64,000 bases of DNA from Camelus dromedarius (Eukaryota), in contig NC_087436.1 in assembly GCF_036321535.1 (NCBI RefSeq), positions 8,184,001 through 8,248,000 on the forward strand. The letters are read 5' to 3'. The notes beneath the pieces were generated by a model. It searched no databases and was not told the DNA's origin. It worked only from the letters and a program-made list of their open reading frames with translations. Shown here piece after piece: positions 11,789 through 24,350 of this stretch. The number at the start of each line of letters is the position of its first letter. The stretch's first letter is position 1. The position numbers and the translations under genes are program-made.

Positions 11789-14275
11789 AAGATGTTAAAG
11801 TCAGAAGCTCTGAAACAAAATGCATTTATGTTTGAATGGGTACCAAAGTTTCCATACATAAATATAATAAATAAAATTAAAAAAATATTATTTGGCAGAG
11901 GTTATTAAAACATGCATCTAATGAGCAAAGATCTCTTATAACAAGCAAGCATGGAAAGAAAGTACATGCTCTCCAATAGAAAAATAACTAAGACTTATGG
12001 TATATACAAAGCAAGCAGAGTTTGGTAGACATTAAAAAGTATGGCTAAAAGCATTGACACCCAGTACATAGAAATTTCCATTTTATGCTGTTGCACTAAA
12101 ATAAAAAAATCCAAGATGGCCCAAGGTACACATAAAATGTTATTTCTGAAAACAATAGCAAAAATTTATCTCCTATATACTTATAACTATATACCTCTTT
12201 GCAAATGTATATGACTGTACAGAGTTAGCTGATCATAAAATCAAAATTCCAAAACATACACATCAGGTTGTTAGGAATTAGGTGAGATGATGTGATTCGG
12301 GGGGTTGATGAGTTTGGAGGAGGGTCAAGAGAGGAAGGAAAGTGGGAGTTGGGAAATAAGAAAGAAATACATCATTAAACAATAAAAATAACTGTTCAAA
12401 AGTAAGAATACAATTGCATTTATATTTACATGAAGTCATGTGGGTATGTGTCTGTATGCAAAACAGATTACAATGATGTAATTGAAAGAGATAAAAGGAA
12501 TCTTGGCTTTCAGAAGTATATGCAGATACACAATGAAATTGATCTGTCTAACTTTGACAAAAATCAAGGTTTTAGGTAGAAAATGCATGGCTGTGATGCT
12601 ACCAAAATCACACACAGTCCTTTGTGTGTATTTCTCTTTCACTATAATGCTCTTCTGGGCTGAAGACAGAAACACCCGGTAACTATTAACAATCGGCGGG
12701 TTTAAACCCTCAGCCCTTCTGCATGAAAGCAGTTCTGCCTCAGTTGCTTCAGTTCTCTGAAGAAAGCTGACATGATGGGTGTCAAAAGGATAGATTGGGG
12801 AAAAACTTAATTTCACATCTAAAATCTATTCTTTTTATTATTATTATTTTGATTCAATTTAATGAAAAAATGTTATCGCTAACCCTGGAGGAGACAGTCC
12901 TCTTCCTTAGGCTTTATTATTCATACATTTTTTTCAGGTCTCTGCTATCACACTCTGCCTTAGAGATATAAAAGTTAATTATTTTGCATAGACTATATGC
13001 TTGTTTATGGCTGTCAGCTAAGAGCATATTGCAAACACGCAGTGGGATTCTCATATTTAAGGAGAGGTCTGCTGCACTTTTTCTCCCTTGATCGTCTTAT
13101 TTATGTGACTTGGAACATCATCTGTTTCCCCTCCTAATAGGCCTATTTATCATGTAGCCACTCTACAGAATTCAGTCTATGTTCATTACAGTGCTTGATT
13201 AAAAGTACACAAACCCCCATTAGTCCCACTGAGCCCGGTAGCATCATGCAGTGTTCTACATCATTAGAGTTTAGGTCACAATCTCAAATTTTTATGACTC
13301 AAGGTAAACTCCAAGCTGAGAGAACCTGATGGGAACCAGATAGTAAAAATTGAAGCCGCAGTATAACAAGGAACATTAAAAGCATTAATGAACAAACATA
13401 ACCATCCAAACTTTTAAGAAGCAGGAATAGATCTCCATAAAATAAAATGAAGAACCATTATAGTTAAAGATAAAGGGTTTCCAATGGTGCTAGAATCGTG
13501 TAAGTACCAGTAAACTACCCTTTAGAAAGATTATCTGAGATTTTTTTTTTTTAAGTAATCAACACAGGAGAAAAAATAAACTATCTCATTTGGTACCTCG
13601 TAAGGTCTGAGGGCTTCTTCTTAAGTTGCTGTTTGATTGTATAAATTCCAATTTTTTTCATTTTGAATCTGTATACCTAGATACATAGGAAGTAGTTAGC
13701 ATAATACATTTTAATATTTGAGGGAGTGAGTTAATGGATTAAAAAAACAACGGCACGTTTTGACTTCTAACTTGCTATTTCTTCATCTATCATGCAAATT
13801 ATTTAAACAGGAGGCAAAGCAAACAAACAGCCAACTATAATCTTACAGCAATAACTTATCATAGAATCTTGATTTTTTTAAACCCTAAGTTGAATCACAA
13901 CTATAATTCAGGAGTCTTAGAGAATTTAACAGTTATAAAACTGGCATTTCAGAAAGAAAAATGAAGAGAGTAATTAACATTACTTACTGAGAAGCTGTTA
14001 CATTCAGAGTTTGGTTATAAGTAAGATGATTTGGGGCTTGTTTTTAATTTTTAAAAATATTTATTGAAAATAATTGGCTTTACTAAATTGGCCACTTGCT
14101 TTACAAATATATTTTTAAGACATAAGTCTGCTAAAAGTAAAATGGCATATACCCACATCCTTGAAAACCGCCTCAAATTTTATATTTTAAATTTTTATCA
14201 CCTGATCATTTAAAAATAAGACCAAATCAAGTAATTATTCTTGGAACTGTTCATATATTTTATCAGATTCTTAAA

Positions 14276-15760
14276 TCAATGGCATTTTTCTAAGGAATAT
14301 ATACTTTCAATAGTGTTTAATATTTATTTTTTTTATAAAAAATAACCTGAAATCTTCTTTAAATTTTTTTAAGGTAAGCCTATTAACTTATCAAGGTTAA
14401 TTAATTTAATAATTTAATTTATTTAATAATTTATTAAATATAGTGATTGCTAGACCACTTTATTTTTAATTGACAAGACACTACAGAGGCACATTGAACA
14501 CACCTGGAAAGTAGACCTAGCAAGTTGAACTAAATCAAGGATATTAATTCTAATAAATTTTATATTAAGTTCTATAAATGTTTCATCCCAAATAGTTTCA
14601 TTAATACTGTCTTTATGCCTCCACTGAAGAACATTTGTCTTTGACATACATTTTTATAAGATACATGTAATAAAATAAGTGGATTGTCCTTGTTATGAGA
14701 TGATGAAACATCTAAAGCTTTCCAACTTCCATCCCATTTCATTATAGCATAAAAATTTAAATACAGCTAAAAGTAGAAGTTCCAACAATAGATTCTTTCT
14801 ACATTTTAAGATATTTTTAAAAATTATGGAATTTAAAAGTAAAATTTGAAGATAGTCTGAAGATCTCATCTTTTTTATTTTATATTTTGCATTTTCTCCC
14901 TTGCTTGCAAAGATACATAATTCGATTTTGACCTTTTTGTAACTTTTGTTTCAAATAATTGCTGCCTGTTAATTAACATGTTAAAATCTGCAGTTTTTGA
15001 TGCTCCATTTGTTGAATACTCTGATTAATAAGTTTCAACTGATTTTTTTGTAATGCAACAAATATTACAGAGTTTATAAAATTATTTTATTTGTAAAATT
15101 TATTTTAAAATTATTTTAAAACTTTGTAGGATACTTAGATGTATTTTAAAAAGTGATAATTTCAAGAATCAGAGATTCTAACATTTCTTAATTCAGTCAA
15201 TACCAGGCAAAAAAGAGCATGTATTAAAGTCTGCATATAATGCATTTATTCAACATTTGCTTTATTGCAAACATATTTTGATTCTGATATCTTATACTGT
15301 GAAAATACCGGTAATCTTTGTACACAAGTGCTTATATTTGATTGCTAAATACAACAGTTTAGGTGTATTTCAAATGGGTATGTATCACAACCAATTCCAA
15401 GACTAAATCTTTTTCATTTTGGTTAGAACATTGTTTATATCATGATGCTGTTATCCACTGAAATTTGTACTCATATTACCATTACAAACAAAATAATTCA
15501 TCTTAATTTTTTTAAACTTAGAATTTACTATCATAGTCATTTGCTCTATTAGAAAAGTCATGCTGATATTTTTTCAGAAGGTTTGCATCTTCTGGTTTCC
15601 ATATTGTCAGTAAAACAATTCTGTCCGCAAATTAGATGTCAGATGTACAGTTTGTGCAGGCTATACAACCATCAACTCTTTCACTTGGAAAAGCAAAAAT
15701 TCAATACTCACTTTTTAAATTTGTATGCAATTTAGTTTCTTTTTCTTTTTTTGCAGCTCA
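14276..15760 (-). pseudogene. Fossil hAT transposase (Blackjack-like), with many stops, frameshifts and an internal deletion
   Basis: Minus-strand blocks in colinear order: KKRK, CIACTNCT, TDNMETRRCKPSEKISA, GNMSTNFSG*QHHDINNVLTKMK, LGIGC, CNKANVE, DSINETIWDETFIELNIKFIRINILDL (ORF 14450-14647), FKEDFR...YSLEKCH*. These match my recollection of the Blackjack transposase. Confidence 0.75.
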
Positions 15761-17230
15761 CAGCTGGGGAAATGTTTAATTCTAAAAGTAAAGAAAGGAA
15801 TCTCACAAAATGATAAAACAAATTGCTAGAGTCATTTCCTGCAAGAAATTCTTTATCTTTATAACAAGAGTATTCAGACAACTCTATGCAAGCTAAGATA
15901 GAACTAATCAGACTCTATTTTCCACACACATTTTATGTGCAATGAACCTGTAATTGCCCATATTTCCCTGTCATCTCCTTACCTGATGGCCTGGCTCTGT
16001 ATATAATATGACTTGGCCTGCAACATGGGCCATAAGACAAAATGGCTGAAGGAACAAGTGACCATCCGGCCGAACAGCATTAAATACTTCCTTAAAAGGG
16101 AAATACTGACTGTTGCATCTCAAAGGATAGGCTGAACATTGTGTTGAAGGTAAAATGCTACTTGCAACTCATGCCTCTCAGTCCCTGTTATAGAAAAACA
16201 TGGCGGAAACCAATGCACAAAATGGAAACCACACAAGCCCATCCTGGCTTTATTAATGTGACTAAAACTTATAATGACACAGAAAAGATGGACAATATGG
16301 GACCAAATATAAAACAAATGGAATTCAAGAACAGCATATATAAAACCGGATTTTTCCAGACTAGTAAGGACATGTAATCAATCACTCTATAAACAATATA
16401 CTGACATACACAAGAAACAACATGTCTAAACGCTGACCCTCAGAAGTACATAGTCTAATTTTGGAAACAGCATACTGTCTATAAAAAGTGACTCTAGAAC
16501 ATTTAAAGCACATGGCAAATAATTCAGAATTGAGGATGCAGTTAATAACAGATCTAATAGAATGCAAAATAGTACAAATCAGCTGTTTTAGAGATTTTGG
16601 TACCTTAATATTACTTTAAAAACTACTTCATAATGAATGAAAATTTAGTAGTTCAATTTGCAAGGAGTACATATTATCAGCAAGAGTTTCACAATTTCAC
16701 ATGCGTTTCTAAGCACAAAAGAACTGTGTCCTCATCTGTGTATTTATCCTCTGCAAGGCTACTGACAAAGCAGAGTAGGGATCTAAGTTGCACTCAGAAA
16801 ATAATTATCATTTTTATAAAGAGATTTAAGTGAGAAAAGAGTGTTTATCTTTTTCACTTTATTTTTAAAGTGAAAGCTTTAAATGTTAAAGTATAATTTG
16901 TCTCCTAATTGGTTTTCCCTTTTTTTGTTTGTTTGTTTTTTAACGTGAAAGAATTGAACAAGCTTTCATGCACATTTCAGGGATCTTCAATTCTTCCTTT
17001 GGAGAAATTTTAAGTTAATGAATGGAAAACTAGGCTTAAAGTGATAACCCTATCCATGTATAATTTTGCCACTTTTATATTTCCTTTATGTAATCATTTT
17101 ATTTATCTGTGTAAATTTAATATCTCAGTGAAATTTCCAAACTATAGTCAGAGAATATATCAATTTTCATAAAATATACCTCCCTTGTCTTTGAAATCAA
17201 GTTTTGAATGCACAATACATATAAATGTTT

Positions 17231-18438
17231 ACCTGTGACAAAGGAGGCAAGAACAAACCATAGAGAAAAGACAGTCTCTTCAGCAGTGTTGGGAAAGCTG
17301 GACAGCTGCATGTAAATCCATGAAGTTAGAACACTCCCTCACACCACACACAAAAATAAACTCAAAATGGCTTAAAGACTTAAACATAAGACATTATAAA
17401 CCTCTTAGAAGAAAACATAGGCAAAACATTATCCAACATAAATCTTAGCAATGTTCTCCTAGAGCAGTCTCCCCAGCAATAGAAATAAAAGCAAAAATAA
17501 ACAAATAGGACCTAATTAAACTTAAAAGCCTTTGCACAGCAAAGGAAACCATAAAATAAAAAGACAACCTACAGGTACAGAATGGGAGAAAATATTTGCA
17601 AAAGATAAGACTGACAAGGGACTAATTTCCTAAATATATAAAGAGGTCATACATCTTAATAATAATTTTAAGTCTGCCCAAAAATGGGCAGAAGACTTAA
17701 ACAAGCAATTCTCCAGTAAAGACATACAAATAGCCAATAGGCATATGAAAAAATACTCAGTATTGCTAATTATCAGAGAAATGCAAATCAAAACTACAAT
17801 GAGTTATCACCTCACACCAGTCAGAACAGCCATCATTCAAAAGTCCACAAATGATAAAAGCTGGAGAAGGTGTGGAGAAAAGGGAACCCTCTTACACTGT
17901 TGGTGGGAATGTAGTTTTGTGCAGCCATATGGAAAACAGTATGAAGAATCCTCAAAATACTGTAAATAGACTTACTATATGATCCAGCAATCTCACTCCT
18001 GGGCATATATCCAGAGGGAACTTTAATTAGAAAATAAACATGCACCCCAATGTTCATAGCCATATATACAATTGCCAAGGCATGGAAACAACCTAAGTGT
18101 CCATAGACAGATGACTGGATAAAGAAGCTGTGATGTTTATACAATGGAATGCTACTCAGCTATAAAAAAGAATAAAATCATGTCATTTGCAGCAACATGG
18201 AAGGACCTGGAGATTGTTATTCTGAGTGAAGTAAGCCAGAAAGAAAAAGAATATCATATGATATCATTTATATGAGAATTATATAAAAAAAAGACAAATG
18301 AACTTATTTACAAAACAGAAAGAGTCTCACAGACATAGAAAACAAACTTATGGTTACCAATGGGGGCAGGAGGTGGGAAGGGATAAATTGGGAGCTTGAG
18401 ATTTACAGATACTAACTACCATATATAAAATAGATAAA
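17231..18438 (+). mobile_element. Lineage-specific L1, 5'-truncated: ORF2 C-terminus plus 3' UTR
   Basis: ORF 17745-17969 ([20 protein letters not shown]...[14 protein letters not shown]) is the L1 ORF2 cysteine-rich tail; an artiodactyl-type 3' UTR follows. Confidence 0.97.
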
Positions 18439-18439
18439 T

Positions 18440-18800
18440 GTGCATTTTGAGTAAGAATATCTTTCAATCAGTCTTTCAGTATGGGTTGTTTTAACTGTAA
18501 AATATGTGACTGTAGATTTGTCTGAAAAAAATGCCTTTTATGATTCTTGGATGGATATTCCACTGCCATAAGAGAGAATGTTTACTGTCATTTTTTCTCA
18601 GTAGTTTAAAATCCTTATTACATTTACTCTGTATCTTACAGTTACTAATGAACAATTTAATGATAATTAGATTTTCTTTCTTTTGAAGGTTATCTGTCTT
18701 TTCAATCTAGTAGCTTTTAAATTGCTTTGCCCCCTTATTTTTGATGTCCTGCAGTTACATTCTAATTTGTTCTGAAATAAAAATAGATATCAAATCTTAT
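18440..18800 (-). mobile_element. Ancient L1 (L1ME-like) ORF1-region remnant
   Basis: ttttttctcagtagtttaaaat...cttttgaaggttatctgtctttt...tagcttttaaatt resembles reverse-strand old L1 ORF1. Confidence 0.55.
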
Positions 18801-19250
18801 CCTAACTTTTTCTTTCTAGATTTCTGGATTGGAGACTAAGCAACAACTGTATTTGGGATAATACAAAGTCACTCATACAGGCAGTAATTGGTTTGATTGA
18901 GTTCCTAGTCATTATTCAGTATATATATAATGGCTTACCCATGTTGAATTTAAAAGTTTAATTCCCATTATCCTGTTGAGCTCAAATTGATTCTACAATT
19001 TCCTGTTTCTACACTTAAAACACTGAAGTAGCTTCAAATTGCTTATCACTTGGCATTTTAGTACTCTTGAGCATATGGGTTTTTTTTTTTTTCAGAAATT
19101 GCAGTATAATTTTTATATTGCATTTCATACAATGAACACATTGTATGTGTACAATGACCTCCCAATCTTTACTATTATAGGTCCCTAACCAACTAGTGAT
19201 AATATTCTTCACCGCTTTTGAGTCTTAATGTATTTGTACTTGGGTAATTT

Positions 19251-19822
19251 TGAAACTGGAGGAAAGAGGGCAGGGCACAACCACTGAAGAAATGACACAG
19301 CCATTGAGGACAAGACAAACTAGTTAGAACCAAGATGGCAGAAGATTCAACTTCCAGTGGACTGTGAGCCTCATGCACACCCAGGCACCACGGCAGTTCC
19401 CAGGCTGACCATAAAAGCTCAAAAAGTAGTCTGGGAGGGGGGAGTATTTCCTGGAAATCCTCTTCCCTTCCCCAAAGTAGTTGGAATAATTCTCCTCATT
19501 AGCATATGAAATGACCAAGCCCACAAAAACTAGCTCTGTACCTCATGGTGCCTTCTGAGACAACACTCGCTCTGTCGGAGCATGTATCTACTTTTACTTT
19601 AAACTAAATACCCGACACCTCTCAGCTTCTCTCCCTCTCACCTTTCTGGGATGGCCCACATTCTGCCAATGGAGTGTGTATCTCTTAAGCCATTTTTCCT
19701 TCTGAGTGAGATGGACCGCACTCTGCCTATGGAGTGTGTATCTCTCTAAACTTGCTTTCACTTTACTATACCTTGCTCTTGAATTCTTTCCTGCATGAGG
19801 CAAGAAGCTATTCTCTCACCAC
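19251..19822 (+). mobile_element. ERV1 solo LTR, MER41-like
   Basis: TG start; caagatggc, cagttcccagg, ttcctggaaatc, ggagtgtgta, cttgaattctttcctgcatgaggcaagaa. Homologous to the inverted copy at 63632-64000. Confidence 0.85.
19448..19456. promoter_or_regulatory. GAS (STAT-binding) motif TTCCTGGAA inside the MER41-like LTR
   Basis: Perfect TTCNNNGAA at the position where MER41-family LTRs carry STAT1 sites; function untested. Confidence 0.5.
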
Positions 19823-21612
19823 ACTTCTATTTCCAAACAAGGTGGGTAATCAAATGCACTGCCCAAAGTTCTGCTCAGTGTGGGAACGTCCCCTACTCAC
19901 TGCCTTTTAGGGATAGCCCTGATATAAGCCGGTGTTTCATCTTTGTTTGTACCCAGATATTAAGTTGACTCATCAGAGATCAGTCTCTGTCTCTTTGTTT
20001 ATTTTTTAGTTTGTCAAAAGAGACACCCTGTAAGGTCAAAGATAAAATTAAGGGAGAAATGACAATGGAATTCTGGGAATTCTAGTGGCATAGGTGTCAC
20101 TGTGCCTGCTCGTGTGTCACCCTGGAAGTACCACTTCCAAATTACCAGACAGCTGCCGGATGCACCTGACACCCTGACTTGCTGAGTCAGATCGAAATCA
20201 ACACTGATGGACAATTTGAATTGCACAATCACTCAATATCTTAGAATCAAATTCTTCATTTCTACTAAGACCTAATAATACCAACAGAGCTATTTGTAAG
20301 CAACTCTGTATTGTAGAAATCAAGGCTTTGTTTTGGTTTTCTACTGAGATTATGTTTTGATTTTCTTCAGGGCTTGGCATAAACTCATGGTACTCTGTAC
20401 CATTCAGATACCATTAATCCATTAGGGGCATGGGAGACATGGCCCAATTAGCAAGGCTGCTTATGTCACAAATGGGATCTGCAGTAGAACATGTTGATAT
20501 TCTTGGCTCATTTCAAAGCCTGCACCTTTCTGTGTCTCTTGGTAAATGGCCAGGGGAATATGCAACCTCTACCAATGAAAGTGGCAAGACCAAAGTTACG
20601 ATGAAGGAAAAGAGGTGGACAAGAGGTCAGGGGAGTACGCATTACCTAGCAAAGCAGAGATTTCCAGGCACAGGAAGGGCACTAGCCTTCAACAGAAGGA
20701 AAGGGATGTTTTGCAAGCCAAGGAATATGTCAAGGAAATCTGACGTTTCAAGGCTTCTGAGTCTATCCACTCAGATGGTACTCACCTGTATGTCAGGATT
20801 CTTCTCATTTTCAGTCACAGCCTGGTGTTGGTGTTGCAGACTTGCTAAGTTTGGAACTGAATGTTACTTGAAGTTCATCTACACCTGATTAATCCCAGTC
20901 CTTGATCTGGGCGCTGCACATTTTTCGGCGCTCTGCTGCTGATGAAAATCACTTCCTGTGTTGCTGAGGAAAACCTCTGGTTCCCTCATCTAGCTTCAAG
21001 TGGATGACTATTCACTGTCTTCCTTTATGGTGTTTCTTGAACCCAACCTCTGATCCCAGCAAGGGCCATGCAATCCCATTGCCTTTTCTAACTTATTTCA
21101 GAAAACATACTTGGTATAACTTCATATTTTTAACTGAATAAATAGAATACTTGAAGGAAAATAATCAGTAGATGTACTTGTACAGTGAAGCTCTGAAAGA
21201 AATCCCCTGACTCTGGGAGAGGAAGGGATAGTAAGCATTATGAAGTATGCAAATATGTGACTCATGACAAAGGTCTGTTTCCTAGAGAAAAAAAAAGTTT
21301 GCCAGAACCTTAGCCTCACGGGTGGAATGACATTTCTCCCCCATTCTTCCCCTTCAGCTTTCCTGTAGCACCTACACAATGATGGGGTGAGGGAGAAATA
21401 CATAGACAACAAGGGACTGATGCTTAAAAGACATTGCAGGCACTGCGGCTGGGGAAGGCGTCGGAGAAAGAAAAACACTTGTGAAAATCGTAGTCCCAAG
21501 ATACAGGCTCAGTAAGAGACTTAGATTTCTTTGGAAGATGATGAAGTGCATCCAAGCCTTAGGATCACGTAGACAGAGCTCTGCTCTAATAAACATGGGC
21601 TGCAAGTAACAG

Positions 21613-22201
21613 TGCTGTGGGTGGAAGGTTCTTGTCTTGTTGTGGAAAGAATTCAGGAACAAGACACGGAGGTCAAGAAAGCAAAGCAAGGATTTATTAA
21701 AGGGTAGACGGTGTGCTCTCAAGGGAAGGGCAGGCTGACCCAGGTGGGTGGCTGCCCCGAGTTTCCTTGGCAAGCTGGTTATCTGGGTGTGAGAATGAAT
21801 GGACAGGATATTCATTGGCAGGGAGGGGTTTGGGGTCGTCTTTCCTAATCTTCATCCCAGCTCCACCTTCCCAGGTGAGAGGAAGGATTTTTCATCCTTA
21901 TTTAGTCTTGATCAGGAATTTGAATGAGGTCATGATGACCAAAGGTTACATTTGGATGGGGGTATCACAAGCAAAAGGTTACATTTGGAAGGAGGTGATT
22001 CCTGTCCTGTCCCACCCTTCTGCCTCCAGGACATTTATTAACCCAGAAGGCATGTTTTTTTTTTTTTTTCATCAGTCCAGAGGATCCTGTTTTTCTTGGT
22101 CTGTCCAAGGAACCCCATTATTCACAAGATGTATGGTTTTCTGCCATTTGATCCATGCCCCTCTTTCTCTGCTCATATCTAACTATCTATCTGCCCTAAC
22201 A
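21613..22201 (-). mobile_element. ERV1 solo LTR (lineage-specific family)
   Basis: TG...CA termini, minus-strand AATAAA (tttatt near 21693), clear homology to 46868-47510 in the opposite orientation. Confidence 0.88.
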
Positions 22202-22740
22202 AAAGTACCACAAGACACAGACACATTTTAAGGAGAAGTACATAGGGAAGCCCAGTGTCAAGAAAGAAAACAGAAAAAAAAGGACATTAGAGGAATTTGA
22301 AGCCTTATGCACCCACAAGTACAACAAATACTAAGCCCAGGACAACTCCTAACCAGATTAACAAAAACTCCTACACAAAAGGCCTAGTTTATCTCAGTTC
22401 TATAACCTGATATGACACGTCTGGATAGCAGCAAAAAAAATGACAAGGGGTGACAAAGGTCAAAAAGTAAAAGCAGCGTGAAGAGACAAAGCAACATCAG
22501 GACCAGATCCAACTGTAACAGGGACATTGGACCTAGATGGAGAATTTAAAGTAACTGTGACCACCACATGAAGGGCGCTCCCGAAAAAGTGGGGGACGTA
22601 CAGGAGGGATGAGAAATTAAAGTGGAGAGATGGAAACGCTACAGAAGACTCAAAATGAAATACTCGAAATGAGAAAACACAGGAGGAGAAACGCAGACTG
22701 TATGGATGGACTCATTAGTATTCTTGACACAACTTAGAAA
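22202..22740 (+). mobile_element. Old L1 (L1M4/L1MC) 5' region and ORF1 start
   Basis: tgaagagacaaagcaacatcaggaccaga...gaatttaaagtaactgtga...agagatggaaac...gatggactcattagta is an L1M4-type ORF1 start. Confidence 0.7.
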
Positions 22741-22754
22741 ATATGGATTGTAGC

Positions 22755-22900
22755 CAAATATCGTGTATCAGTGTTAGTTCATTAACTGTGAGAAATATAC
22801 CATTATAGGCTGTTAACAGAAGGGAAACTGGTTTCAGGGCATTTGAGAGCTCTCAGTGCCGTTTTCAGAACTATTCTAAAGTGGAAAGTTTATTCAAAAT
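22755..22900 (+). mobile_element. L1MC 3' end fragment
   Basis: tgtatcagtgttagttcattaactgtgagaaatatacca...gggaaactgg...actattctaaa. Confidence 0.7.
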
Positions 22901-23724
22901 AGGAGCTACTTTTACATATACTGAAAATAATTACAGTGATCCCAGGAGTGTGAATACTTTTTTTTTCTGTTTATGATATTTTAGGTAAAAAAAATGACTA
23001 AAGCATTAATGATGGAATAAAGAAATAAACACGATAGGCAAAAAGCCATGGTGATGCAGTTATTTTATTTGAAATAAGAGAGAATGATTATATACGGATG
23101 AATCCCTGCTATTTCCACTGGCAGAAGTTGGTACAGCAGGTGGAAATGCACTGTGTCCATTTTTTTTAAATATCATTTGTTCTAATTATCGTTCCTTCAA
23201 ATAAATTGTGAGTGATGCCAGTAGGTACACTGAGGGTTCTCAAAGCTGGTTTTCTATTTCAATTCATTTCCATTTGTAAGCAGAAGAATTTAATAACTTA
23301 TGACAATCACCTAAAAATTTAATCTGTAAAATGTAAAACAGAAAATTGGAGTGCAGCCTTTCCTACCCTTTCCCAAAAGCTATCCAAGAAAAGGGAATAT
23401 TTCATATATGTGAAAATTGTGTTTTATAAAAATGAACCGGAATATTCTCAGCAAAATATCTATTTAAAATATTTCAAACACCTCTAAAAATGGCTAAAAC
23501 TTGTGAATAATATTAATAAAAATCATTTTTGATGAAATAAATATGAATTAAAATAAACTGTCCTTTGTAACACATAATGTTAATAAATATTTTAAAATGA
23601 GGTAAATAGGTGAAAAGACATGGAGAAAAAAATGCATTTTCGTGTATTGATTTCATTAATACAAATGCAAAAAAGTTTTTTTGGAAATTAGTTTTGCAAT
23701 CCATAGCCTGGACCTTAAATAATA

Positions 23725-24350
23725 GTAGTCATGGACTAGTCAAAAAAATCAAAAACTATATTAGCTATTTTAAATGATGGATTTCATATAAGGAAATTCT
23801 TTTTACAGCGACAAGAAGGCTAAAAAGCAAAACTATAAAAGAGTAAGGACAGTCAGAGAACGTAAGTCGGGGAGCATTATGCCCCTAAGGGCAGACAAGC
23901 CAAATGGAAGAGGCTGGGTTTCCAGCAATCGGGAGGTTGATTAAGGGGCTATTTGCATTTGTAATGCAGATATTTGAGGAATGGGTCATCTAAATATTCT
24001 GTGCCTCAGGACTTCAGAGGAGTTCTGTGAACTGCTTTTACTCAGACATCAGAGGCAGGGATATTTGAAGAGGCTCAGTGGAGCTATTCTGGGGACAGCC
24101 AAAAAGCCTCTGGGTCAGCCTGCCCGGACCAGGAACCTCCAATGCTGGGGCACCCTAGCAGGAATATGGAAAAGGAAAGATGTCATTCTCCTTGTCCCTA
24201 CACTTCCGATCATCCTCTAGTGACTCCTAGTGGAAAATTGCAACATGAATTAAACTGACAGAAATGTATGCATAATGGAGTTTCCTGAGTTCCAATTTTT
24301 GCATCACAGAGTTGAAAAGGTAGATTTGGAGTTGTAGACAATAACTGCAA
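23725..24350 (-). mobile_element. Old ERVL-class LTR (LTR33-like), degraded
   Basis: Layout similar to the element at 7821-8450. Confidence 0.4.

Noticed and set aside
15737..15760. Strong-looking splice acceptor (polypyrimidine tract plus gcag)
   Set aside because: It is the reverse complement of the A-rich KKRK-coding start of the fossil transposase, and no coding exon follows.
17745..17969. ORF with clear protein homology (also 32906-33115 and 57649-57840)
   Set aside because: Fragments of the L1 ORF2 C-terminus in truncated, frameshifted copies; not host genes.
21713..22231. Longest ORF in the window (172 aa) and overlapping 21372-21815
   Set aside because: They lie within or across a solo LTR, lack an ATG start or domain, and are chance read-through.
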